NCBI GenBank assembly: GCA_047495785.1
Contig: JBLDXI010000046.1
Span: forward strand, 434,001-498,000
Length of the DNA: 64,000 nt
Source: Lepidodermella squamata
Lineage: Eukaryota > Animalia > Gastrotricha
Direction: 5' to 3'
Numbering within the stretch: the stretch's first letter is position 1; each line of letters begins with the position of its first letter. The position numbers were made by a program, and so were the translations under genes. This document shows positions 24,241 through 35,396 of the stretch, one piece after another. The notes below the pieces were generated by a model that was not told where the DNA came from, made no database searches, and saw only the letters and a list, made by a program, of their open reading frames with translations.

Positions 24241-24269
24241 GCGCCAGGTTTTATCACCCGTTTTCTTGC

Positions 24270-25316
24270 AAAAAGACATCAAATATTGACAGGGAAAGGT
24301 TGGTAACTGCCTTCGAAAATGGCGAAGATTTTCATGCGGCTGCAAAGGTTCTCGCAATTTCTAAAAGAACCATGTATAATATCATCAACACATATCGCAC
24401 CGATGCTCGCATTGAAGCTGAGCATCGAGGAGGTGCTCCCCGCCGTTGGGAAGCTCAGTTTACTGAACATTTAGTTGGGGCAATCGAAGAAAACTCCCAG
24501 CTGACGTTGGAGGATCTCAGGATGAGACTGCTGCAAAATTTTAATGCTGAATTTTCGATCACGACGATCCACAGAAAATTGGATGGCGCCCTAATTACGA
24601 TGAAACGTCTTCACCCGTATCCCGCTGCTCGCAACCGGGCTGATGTTATTTTGGAACGAGCCGCATATGCGCTCTGGTTCTCTGATATCCGCAATCGCCA
24701 AATTCACTACTACCAAGACGAATTTGGCGTTTCGCTTTGGACTCGTCGCGGCCGTGGCAGACCGCCGAAAGGACAGCGAGCCTATGTTTTACTGCCGACA
24801 GCTTCTCCCGGCAAAAATATGTCTGTGGCGGTGGTAGTTTCACCTGTTGGAGGGCTGGTCTACTACGAAATTTCTGAAACGGGCATGACTGCTGAACGAT
24901 TCGCAACGTTTACCACGCAAACTAGCGAGCGAATTGGCCATCAAAACGAAGCTGTCATTATTCTGGACAATTTGAGAAGCCATTATCCTGACGCCGATTT
25001 TCCGCTGTGGGAGCTGCATCAGTTCAAATTTCTCCCACCTTATTCGCCGTTTTTGAACCCTATCGAAAACGTTTTTTCAGCTGTAAAAGCTGCGATAAAA
25101 AACGAACTAGCTATGCGTAGGCTGGAATACTACCAGCTTATCGAGGCTGCGCGTGTTGTTGGCGCTGTTCTAGAAAATACCCGTCGTGACTTTTCGAGTG
25201 AAATCATTGAAAGGCATCTTCGTGCAGTTATTACACCTGAACTTGTGGCTAATTGCGATCGCCATGTGCTAAACTATCTACCAGCCTGCATCGCGAGCGA
25301 ACCAATAATGGGTTAA
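24270..25316 (+). mobile_element. IS630/Tc1-family transposase (HTH + DDE); true start missing or unclear
   Basis: HTH (AAAKVLAISKRTMYNII), second HTH (SITTIHRKL), QDEFG, ILDNLRSH, FLPPYSPFLNPIE. The first ~70 aa of the track ORF overlap the antisense MULE relic. Confidence 0.88.
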
Positions 25317-25436
25317 ATATCAAACATTAATTGCGATTTCGAAATTGGCGAGAATTAAAAGTTGAATAAAAACTGTGAGGAGCAAACACCTGAAGTAATC
25401 ATTTATTTCTTCTTCATCAAATTAAACGCTTCAAAT

Positions 25437-26174
25437 TCAAGTTTTATTTATTTTTTTGCGATCCCTGATGACTTGGCTAGCTTTGTAAGAAATCGCTCTA
25501 GAGTTGCGGCGCAGCAAAGCTGAAAAATCGCCCCGACCAGTATTGCGGAACCAAGCGATAAAGTCATCGACCATCTGCTCCGAAGGTTTATCACCCAGTG
25601 AATTGCAGTACCAGATGACCCATTCCAGAAGGCTTATCTCGTACGGGTTCCATTGTCTTTTTGCACGCGAGGATTGACAGTACAGTTGAATTGAAGTCAC
25701 ATTCGGGGCCTGAAATCCTGTTGTATCAGGCAGCAAATTTGGCGGCGCGGAAACAAACGAACCAAATGAACCTTGGTTTGAGGTACCTGCCGAATCGGGC
25801 GAAACAGACATTCCCGTGGCTAGCGTATGAAACGTCGATGATGAGGACGCACCAAATGAGGTTGGAAAGCCGGACAGATTCGGCAGTGGCAGTGGAGGAC
25901 CGGCCGCTAAAACAGAGTCTTTATCCGCGTTCTTCATCGGCCTTCCGCGCCGTTTGTTGACTGCCGCATCGCGATTTTTCTTCTGTTTAGCAGCTTGTTT
26001 AGCTTTCTCAGTCTGTTTTTTCTCGATAAGCTGTTGTAGATTGGGGGTTTTCACCGTTGAGCGCGAACGCAGCGTAATGCGCCTTGCTGTTTCAACAATG
26101 ACAGTTTTTGGAAAAACTGGCGAGAAGTGCGCGCTAGTGTTATTTAGAGAAACTGCTTCTTCAGATGAAGCCAT
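25437..26174 (-). CDS. Intronless basic nuclear protein with AT-hook and C-terminal Myb/SANT-like domain
   Basis: 245-aa ORF with KRRGRP (AT-hook), a Ser-rich linker and KRQWNPYEISLL...RRNSRAISYKA (Myb/SANT-like). AATAAA signals on both strands in the 120-bp gap to the transposase. Confidence 0.6.
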   Translation of the reverse strand: MASSEEAVSLNNTSAHFSPVFPKTVIVETARRITLRSRSTVKTPNLQQLIEKKQTEKAKQAAKQKKNRDAAVNKRRGRPMKNADKDSVLAAGPPLPLPNLSGFPTSFGASSSSTFHTLATGMSVSPDSAGTSNQGSFGSFVSAPPNLLPDTTGFQAPNVTSIQLYCQSSRAKRQWNPYEISLLEWVIWYCNSLGDKPSEQMVDDFIAWFRNTGRGDFSALLRRNSRAISYKASQVIRDRKKINKT

Positions 26175-26635
26175 GATAGAAACGAAAAAAGTAGCGCGGG
26201 TAATAAAATGAAAATAATGAGAAAAAAATCAAATTTAAATATGAGAACACGCGATCAAACATCGCCTTTGTGAAATTGGTTTTGCACATTATGAAAATGC
26301 AAATGAAAAAAGGTGTATGACCCGCTCAAGAATATTTTCGCCTATGCCAAGAACATGGTATCTACTCGTCAATCGGGTAACGGGATGCATATTCTATACA
26401 CTCGGCTCTCCTTCATTTTGAGCGATGCTCAAGAATCGAGATCAATTCTTTCCCAATGCTCGACAGTTCGCCAAGTTGAGAGCTACCGTTCATGCCTGGG
26501 TCGTTCAGATGTGGTACGCCCCGATGCTACAAAATTACGTAACTGCTGCTTTTGAAAAACAAGAAGATTGAAGTGAAGCCGCGTCGAATCACCCCTTAGC
26601 CGAATTAACAATTCGACTAGCGTCTTCTCAGTTAA

Positions 26636-27140
26636 CACTTTAACTGCCAAAAATAGACTGCGAGGTCCGATATTTGGGTCTAATTCCTGGGTCTGTCAAA
26701 AAGTCATTTTTTTCGGGTCAACGATGCGTCGAGGGGCAAAATGCCTGACGGCAAAGTGTAGGCCATGACCTGGCGGTTCTTTTGACACCGAATTCGGGGC
26801 CAAAGACTTCAAGGAACGCACAGAAATCAAACTTGAAAAACAGTGAAATTTCGATTGTTGCGCCATAATCTGGGTCTAATAATTAGGTCCAATTCTTGGG
26901 TCTGATTTTTGGCTCTAATCCAAAATTTTCGACGTTATTTCACTGTCATTTTCAATGACCTGCTCAGACCTTGTGGCCCCGAATTCGGTGTCAAAAGAAC
27001 CGCCAGGTCATGGCCTACACTTTGCCGTCAGGCATTTTGCCCCTCGACGCATCGTTGACCCGAAAAAAATGACTTTTTGACAGACCCAGGAATTAGACCC
27101 AAATATCGGACCTCGCAGTCTATTTTTGGCAGTTAAAGTG
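26636..27140. mobile_element. piggyBac-type MITE
   Basis: TTAA on both sides; termini CACTTT...AAAGTG; 167-bp TIRs (26636-26802 / 26974-27140) that look identical by eye. Confidence 0.9.
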
Positions 27141-27441
27141 TTAATTATATCGTTTAGCGAGATCTTCTGAGGTTCGACTCCGATTCCATCGGTTCCAAAT
27201 TCTATGATAATCTGTTATTTTTCCCAGTTTTTTCGGACAACGACGAATAAACGACAAAGTGACGAACTAATTTTTTTTGCTAAACGTGGAATTTGATCCT
27301 GCAACGGACTATATAATAAAGAGGCTTTGAAAATAGCTCCCAGGGTCGCTCGCGTGCCGACCTATGGTTTCATGCACGTGAACACCACGTGATTCAATGT
27401 GCATGTATCTGGCCATATCAATATATGAATCCTTCTCTCTT

Positions 27442-27602
27442 GCACACAGCATACGCTCTCTCTCTTCATTCATGAAAAAACTGGATAAAAAATTGTTTTT
27501 AACCTTATTTTTAAACGAAGTTCTCATGCACACAGCACGCGCTCTCTCTCTCTGTTCATTCATGAAAAAGCTGGTTAAAATTGTTTTTGACCTTATTTTT
27601 AA
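27442..27602. repeat. Two-copy direct repeat of about 75-85 bp upstream of amidase copy 2
   Basis: GCACACAGCA..CGCTCTCTCTCT..TTCATTCATGAAAAA.CTGG.TAAAA..TTGTTTTT.ACCTTATTTTTAA occurs twice. Confidence 0.75.
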
Positions 27603-27671
27603 GTCGTATGATTACTACATATACCTAAGCTTTATTCTTTACTGTTAATTTGGACTATTTTTGCTTCAAAA

Positions 27672-29386
27672 ATGAGCTGGTATTCAAAAGACAATTTAAA
27701 GGCTAAAATTGCTGATTTTAGACAACGAGAAAGCTCAAAGCGGACAAATCTCCTAAAATCAATCGGTGATAAATCAGATCGGTCAGTCACAAATCTTCCA
27801 GCAACTGAAATTGTTGCGGCAACGAAAGAAGGCCGCCTAAAACCAAGCGATGTTCTGCTAGCCTTTCAATCATCGGCACTCATAACAACTGGCGATCTTA
27901 ATGCTGTCACAGAATTCATCGAAGATGCTTATCAAGCTGCTCTGAAGTTGGACGAGATACCTCAGAACAATCGCGGCCCTCTCCATGGCGTCCCTCTGAG
28001 TGTAAAAGAATGCTTCTTCATCAAAGGGACCGAGACAACCTGTGGCTACAGCCAGTTCCTAGGAGAATGCGTTGAATACCCAGCCGCGCCGATCGTCGAA
28101 TTCCTGAAGTATTTAGGCTGTGTTCCTTTTGTTAAGACCAACATCCCACAGGGCATGTTTTCGATCGATTCGGTCAACCCGATCCACGGCCAGACGAAGA
28201 ACCCTCATGACAAGACTCGTTCACCTGGAGGTTCGTCAAGTGGCGAGGGAGCTTTAGTTGCTTCAAAATCTTCCCTGCTCGGCCTTGCGACCGATGCTGG
28301 TGGTAGCTTACGAGTTCCGGTAAGTTGCTTTAAATTTATTAGATTTTTACTGAATGATTTATTCAGGCATCCTGGTGTGGTTGCTACAGTTTGAAGCCAA
28401 GTTCAAATCGAATCATCCAAGGCGGTGATTTTAACCTCGAATTCCAAGCTCGAATTATTGCCAACGATTACTATTCCCCTGGATTTCTATCGGCAGATGT
28501 TGATTTGCTTGTTGCTGTTTTCCGCAATCTCTACTCGAAATCTACCTTCGAGAAGTTTCCGAACAACTCTTTGCCTCCAATTGAATTTCGCGATGAGCTT
28601 TTTTCCTCGAAGAAGAAGTTGAGAATCGGTTACTGCGAATTCGATGGCATCGTCAATTTGCTGCCAGGCCCCAAACGAGTTTTACGAGAAGCTAGGGAAA
28701 AGTTGGAAAAACTTGGCCATGAAGTTGTTGACTGGCCGGATATCGAATTGTTGAGAAATGGCTACATGGTCTGCTGCAGCACGTTTACAATCGATGGTTT
28801 AGTTGAAGTAATCGAATACATGGATAATGACATTGAAATCAGCTATCCTAACAAAATGACTCATTTGCTGTTCAAACTACCGAATTGGGTCAAGTGGTTG
28901 TTTGAAAAGTTCGCCGGCTTGACCATGGGTCAACTAACGGCTGAAATGATTGGGAACATGCGAACTGGATCTCGGCCGCATGACATGAACTTGGTCTACA
29001 GGAAAATCTTGAAATTCCGTCAGGATTTTGCGAAAATCTACCGCGACCAGGGCTTCGATGCTCTACTTTGGCCTGCAATGCCCTGCCAAGCACTGCCGTT
29101 GAATGCTGCGAGGGAGATAGCACCAGCCTTGAGTTACGTTGTCCTGTTCAATCAACTCAACTGGCCGGCTGGAACTTGCCCGTTCGGTCACGTGACCAGC
29201 CAAGATGAGGCCGAGCTTGAAGCTAATGATGCGCCAAATGGAGATTTCTATTACGCCCAAATGCGGAATTTTCTGAGATCCCCGCCCCAGACGAGTTCAG
29301 TTGGCCTTCCTCTTGCTGTTCAAGTGGCTGCGCCTCAGTTTCAGGAGGAAACAGTGCTTCGACTACTTAAAGAACTTTCTTCTTGA
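27672..29386 (+). CDS. Fatty acid amide hydrolase-like amidase, copy 2 (2 exons)
   Basis: Close paralog of 21041-22765; same intron position (28320-28366); catalytic motifs intact. Confidence 0.92.
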
Positions 29387-29867
29387 ATGGCGTCATGGTG
29401 ACTTATAGACTCAATTGCGATTCTGGTTTAGAAGTGAATAAAAGTGGGACATGTGAGAAATGTTTGCATTGCGGACGACGATGTCAAAGGGCTACTTTCG
29501 AAAAATGTGGCGGTTTTGATACCAAAATACAAATCGTAAAACTCTCTGTCGATTGAGAATGGAAAGAAATTTGGAAATATTTAGAAAATATTTAGCTAAA
29601 ATTACAAAAAAATTGGAAAATTTTACGACTGACTGCGGCGCAAATTATTCATTTTGGTAGCAAAATACTTCGAAAGTTGTCCTTTGACCTCATTGCACGC
29701 CGTCGAAAGTCCTTAAAATCAGCATTTTTCAAGTGCGGAAAGAGTAATTTTTCGTGCAAATAAAATCGGCAATAATTGATAATAAATTTATTAATCTAAA
29801 ATCGCACCATTTGAGCGCTATTGCTAAAAATCTAAGCTAAAACATTCAGAAGAAAATTCAGAATAAT

Positions 29868-30762
29868 TCATTTTGCGGCACCTTGCAAGATCGCCGTGAT
29901 TTCCGAGCTGTTTTTAGCCGCAGTTTTAGCAATTTCAACCAAATTTTGGCCGTTGTTATTCGTCGCATTGATATTGGCTCCTTTCGATACCAGGTACTCA
30001 ACAGCTTCCACATTTCCAGCTCTCGCCGCTCTCATTACAGCCGTCCAGCCTTCATTGTTTTTCGTCTCAATTTCAACAAGAATTTCGCCGGAATTTGTCG
30101 TAAATTCACAGATTTTCTTCAGAGTATTCAACGCGTTGTACTCAGCCGCAATATGAAGAGCAGTATTTCCATTCGAATTGCGGTGATTTATCAATTTTTT
30201 CAGCGATTGATACGCCTGTTGCTTCGAATAGCCGTCTTCATGAATTTCAAGGTTCAATTTAACCTCGAAAATTCGCTCGACAAATAAATCGCGGTTGTAG
30301 GCCGCGCATGGGAACAGGCACGTGTCGCCGGTTGTTACCTGCCAGCCGCCTAATTCAGATCCATGGCGATGGGGGTGGGATAAGGCACTGATTATGGACA
30401 AGCCGTCGCAGTGTGAACAGCTCAGGAACATTTCAAACCGCTCACGATCGCCCTCAACCAAGGCAATAAAAAATTTCTGAAAAATTCAAAAAATTCAAAA
30501 ATAAAATAAAATTAATAAAATACGAGAATATGTGACCTGGTTACGGACAAAAATGAAAGAAAATTTAATTTTAGAAATTTAACTGAATTTTAAATTTTTT
30601 TAAATTTAATTAAAATTTTAAAATTTTAAAGGCTTCGAATTTTGTATCAAAAATAATGTGTACAAAAATCAGTATATTTGTATAAAATTTCCGAACCCAT
30701 ACCTTTTCATCGTCTATTGTTGGAACGCGGTGAAGCTTTGACGAACCATTTTCCAGATCCAT
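29868..30762 (-). CDS. Small ankyrin-repeat protein (2 coding exons)
   Basis: Exon 30762-30703 (MDLENG..DDEK) splices in frame to 30476-29868. Ankyrin motifs GNTALHIAA, GWTAVMRAARAGNVEAVEYLVSKGA. Confidence 0.8.
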
Positions 30763-31887
30763 AGTAAAATGAATATAGGAAACCTAAAAACAATTCAGAA
30801 ACATCGTATCCGAACGTAAATATTCAAGTAATTTGATCTTTTTTAGACAATTTATGGCTAGGAATAAATCGGATTAATTACTTATAGTAGAGGAAACCCG
30901 AGCCCTATCTCATCGAATATTCATCATTTCCGCCGCATCGCTATATAGCGCTGAAAATTAACTAGAAAAATAAGACGTTTGTTGTGATGGCTATCATCGG
31001 ATATTGACGTTTTTTCACACTACATATGTATAAAGCTTGTGCTTATATTTGATATATAGAGAAGCCTGTAAAACTGAAAACTCGCTGCTTTAGTGCGTAA
31101 ATTTTTTTGCGTGCGAGAGTGAGATGTTGTGTGTTATGGCTAATATAAAAAGGTAAAATAACTCATCGCCAGACCTGAAATTGGTTGTAATATAATGCCA
31201 ATGGAGCGTGTTTAATGCTAAATCATATGCGCGAAAAAGCCTCACCTCATTTTGGACACATTATATTAGGAAGGTCAGTGAGCAAGATTCCAAAATGAAA
31301 TAAAATTAGGCAACCTGAGACGTTAGACCGCGAGAAATTAGCTCCTTGGAACCGATAGAGTACGAATATAAATTATAAACATAAAATTATTTTATCTATA
31401 GGGATCGACAACTAAAAGAACTAGGAGAACACACTTTTGTTTCGAAAAAAATGGATAGCAAATAAATTCTGTGTTTGCCCAATGACGGCGGCGCACAAGA
31501 GTCGAGGACTAAGAATAACTATTGATTTCTGATAGATAGTATACGTAATAATGTTGAACCGGTGAATGTAAGCTACTTGTTCTATTACCTGTAATCACAT
31601 CGCCGTGAAAAATTAAAAGAATAGGAATTTGTTAAAAAATAATTCAAATCGTATCAGAGCTAAATCTCGTAACGACAAGTAAGCAGGTAAAAAATGAGAG
31701 AAAAAATAGCAAATAAATATCATTAAAAATAATAATAATCATTTTATTTTGGGTCTAACTCCGCACTTTGGCTGAATCAAATTTCAGGTAAATAATTAGT
31801 CTAAAATGCATTTTATTAATTTTTCATTTGGTGCGCGATAGAACGCAGTAATTGCCTCCGGGCTTAGTACTTGAAGCAATAAAAACC

Positions 31888-32645
31888 GCACATTTTCCGG
31901 CCCGCCGGTGTTTCCTCCGCGCGCGCGCTCCTATTGGTTGGCTCGTTTTACGCGTAAATACGCCTCGCTCGCATTCATTGCGCAACGAATAATTGCAGCC
32001 CTCCCTCGCGCGCGCGCAGGAAAATGTACAAGTCCGAAATTCAGGAGAATAACGGCGCGCTAGGGGTTGGATATAAGTGGCGGGTGGAATATAGAAGGCG
32101 AAATTTTCGTATTTTCGCTTTTTTCATTGGTTTTAAATTTGAACATAATTTTTCCCTGAAGTGTTCAACGTCACCCTAAAATAGCCTAAAACAGCCTAAA
32201 ATAGCGCGCCTAAAATGGCTATTTCCAGTTTATTTTATTTTTATTTATTAATTTTTCATAAAAAAAAGCATGTTCTTCGAAAAAATCCATCGCATCCTTT
32301 CTCTTAAATCAACTTTTTAAATTCTTATGGCCGGTGTTTTTGGATACGAACAGATAAGTCATCAAATAAAGACGTGTTGGCCGCCGCGATGCAGTCAATT
32401 TTGTTGTCGTATTAACAATACCAAACATCCTTTTCAAGGGTGGGCTATATATGTTTGTTGGAAAGCATGCAGCATGCTTGTCTTCGACATAGCAAACTGT
32501 CTTAGACTTAGCGCACGGGCGCTCAGGGCGCGTTCGAGTGCGCGCGCGCGGGGGTAGGCTATAATTATCTTGAAATGTTGCGCAATAGGCCCCAACCATT
32601 AGGAGCGCACTTGCGGAGGAAACACCGGCGGGCCGGAAAATGTGC
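31888..32645. mobile_element. Mutator (MULE)-type MITE related to 9881-10597
   Basis: TIRs GCACATTTTCCGGCCCGCC...GGCGGGCCGGAAAATGTGC; 9-bp TSD ATAAAAACC on both sides. Confidence 0.9.
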
Positions 32646-33347
32646 ATAAAAACCAGATTTTTTAGGTCAAACCCTGGTTTATTTGAAACCTTAGGTTTTC
32701 ATTCTCAGTTGGAAATTTCCCAAAAATTACCTAATTTTGTACAGCTGGTAATTTTGGGCGCTCATTTGCATATGCAAGGGCCTTGTGATTTACACTTGAG
32801 AGAAAAATATTTGGAGACATTTTTTCTGTTGTGGTAAAAAAATACTAATTATTTGCTAATGTTCTTATTTTTTGCTCAATTTTTACTATCATTTTATTGA
32901 ATTTGCTTTTTTTGCTGCTATCCAGTCGTCGATCTTTTTCCGTTTTTCGCATCTAGGGTTTCTACCTATCCTCATTTGATTCGTCATGATTTTCACTTTC
33001 TTTTTTGACACCGGACGATAAACTGAAACAGAACGCATGGTTGTTATAATACAACGTGGCTCCTCGTTATTTCATTCGGTAACACTTGTCGCAATAAGGC
33101 GCTATACTGAAACTATGTTCAAGTTGCTATATGTGTAGCGTACATCTCAGAGGCGGAAGGAAGTGGCAAAACCACTCTGCTGGCACTGCTTTTCATAGCA
33201 TAGGCAGCATCAAGTGAGAAATCCAAACTGCTGGCTATATGGTCTATGGTACTTATTGGTATAAGGGAGAGAGAAACGTACTACGTATAAGCGTAACACC
33301 GTTCATTATACCAGTCGCCGCAGTACTGATGATAAATAAATTGAAAA

Positions 33348-35063
33348 ATGGTCGAAATTCTGCGATTACAGGTACAGGAAAAATATATAAAAATTCTTCA
33401 AAAATACTGATTTATTCCATTTTTCCAGAGCCTCCTTCTGCTTCTTTTTATTGCAGCACTAGAGCTATTTAGCAGCGGAAAAGGACAGTATGGCCGGGTA
33501 CAGATCAGCCTATCATCAAGTGAGTAATTTCCCATTTTTTTATAATTTTTTGAAAATTCGATTTTTTCAAGACTGTTCATCGCCGCAAGCAAAGTGTGCT
33601 GACAACGAATACTGCGAGTCGTTTACAAAAATTGTTTTCAATTTTATTCAGTAAAATAATTTAATTTAATTAACAATTATTATTTTTTTACAGGATCCGC
33701 CTTGTAAATCGAAAGCTTGCATGTGCAATGGCTGTTCTTGGAGAAGCGGCAAAATTTGCAAACAAGGTAAAACATTTTCGCCAAAATTCATGAATTGAGC
33801 GAAAATCAAGATTAAGATTAAGAATTTAAATTTAATGAATTTTTCATTTTTGAAATTTGGTGAAATTTTTTAAAAAATATTGAAATTTTATTCAGTTTAA
33901 GGAAATTTAATTCCAATTTTTTGAAAGTGAAGCCAGCGATATCAGAGCTGGATGTGACTCGGATACAATTATTACAGTTTCATGATTTTCAATTTTTTGA
34001 AATTTCATTGAAATATTTTTGAAATTTAAGAAATTCATATTATTTTCAAGAACTTTTAAAATGAAAATTTTAAGCCTCAATCAATTAATTTTTTTAAACT
34101 AAAGCCAAATTTGCCAACGATATTGGAGATCGATGCGACTCAGATACAATTATCACAGTGCCCGGCGCAATTTGTTCGAACAACCGCGTCAATTGTTCGA
34201 TAGGCGAGTCTGCAAATGGCTGCAGCATCGGCAACTGCACCGAGCCAGCCGACGGCTTCAAATGCCACGAATCCACCTTAATCTGCGAAAATGACTGGGA
34301 ACTTTTCGATGAAGCCCTGCGAATCTGCCGGCCGCGTAAAATCGGCGAGCCGTGCCGTAGCGATTCTGATTGTTCAAAGCCAAACAGCCATTTGCTGATT
34401 TGTTCTGCCGATGCTAAATTATGCTCGTGCGACGTGACGCAGGGTGTCCGGACTTGGTTGATGGTTCTTAACGAATTCAACCAATTCGCGCTGGTTGATC
34501 AATGCGTGGCAAAGGGAGCGGTTGTTAACATCACGAAGGGCGGCGAGTGTAATACGGAAGAAGGGACTGAAAAATTTCTGACCTCAATTACGGCGAAATT
34601 TTGCGATCAAAACACGTTTTGCATGAAATGCCCGGGCGAAAAAACAGCACTTTGCCGTAAGTTAACAAATCTCCTGCAATATTCTGTGAATTTTCAAAAT
34701 AAAATTTTTGACATTTTCAAAATTAAAATTTTCGAATTATAAATTTTCAAAATTTTCGAAAATATTTTTTTCGATAGTGAATTAATTTTTTAGCTTTTAA
34801 AAAAATTAAGAAAATTACGAAAAAGTGCTTTTAATTTCAAAAATTGAGATGACGCATTTTTCTATTTCCGCAATTTTTTTTTCGTGCAATTATTTTATTT
34901 TGTTTCTATTTCAGGGTCAATATCACCGGAATTTCTCAAACCGGCCGTGCTTTGTGGCCGCAAGCAGTTTCGCTATTCATCAGCAATAAGGCTATCAAAC
35001 TTTAATTCCAACTTCGCAACTTCAATTTTTCTTTATTTTTTTCATCCACTCTTTTTAAATTAA
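33348..35063 (+). CDS. Cys-rich secreted/GPI family, member A (divergent, 6 exons)
   Basis: Exons encode MVEILRLQ / SLLLLLFIAA.. / CSSPQAKCADNEYCESF / DPPCKSKACMC.. / large Cys-rich exon ending LC / ..CGRKQFRYS plus hydrophobic tail. Same exon plan and phases as members B-F. Confidence 0.75.
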
Positions 35064-35396
35064 AAATATGAAAATAAATTTTTAAGAAAAAACTGAAAAA
35101 TTGCTCAGAAAATGTGTCTCATTTGCAATGTCAAATTCTCTTGATATCTGACGCGATCGATCAAGAAATCGAAACATAATTGCGCGGTGAATTTTACGCC
35201 TCGGCTCAATGACGTCTTGGAGATGTTTTCAGGAGAAATTAATCCAGGTAAAAAATAATCGATAATACAAGCCACACACTTGACAAAATGCCGTGATTGC
35301 TACCCATTAGTCTGGCTATATGCGACGGAAGACGCTGGAAAAGAAACACGTCCGTTAATTCTAGAAACGACAAAAACATAATTTTGTTCTAGAAAA

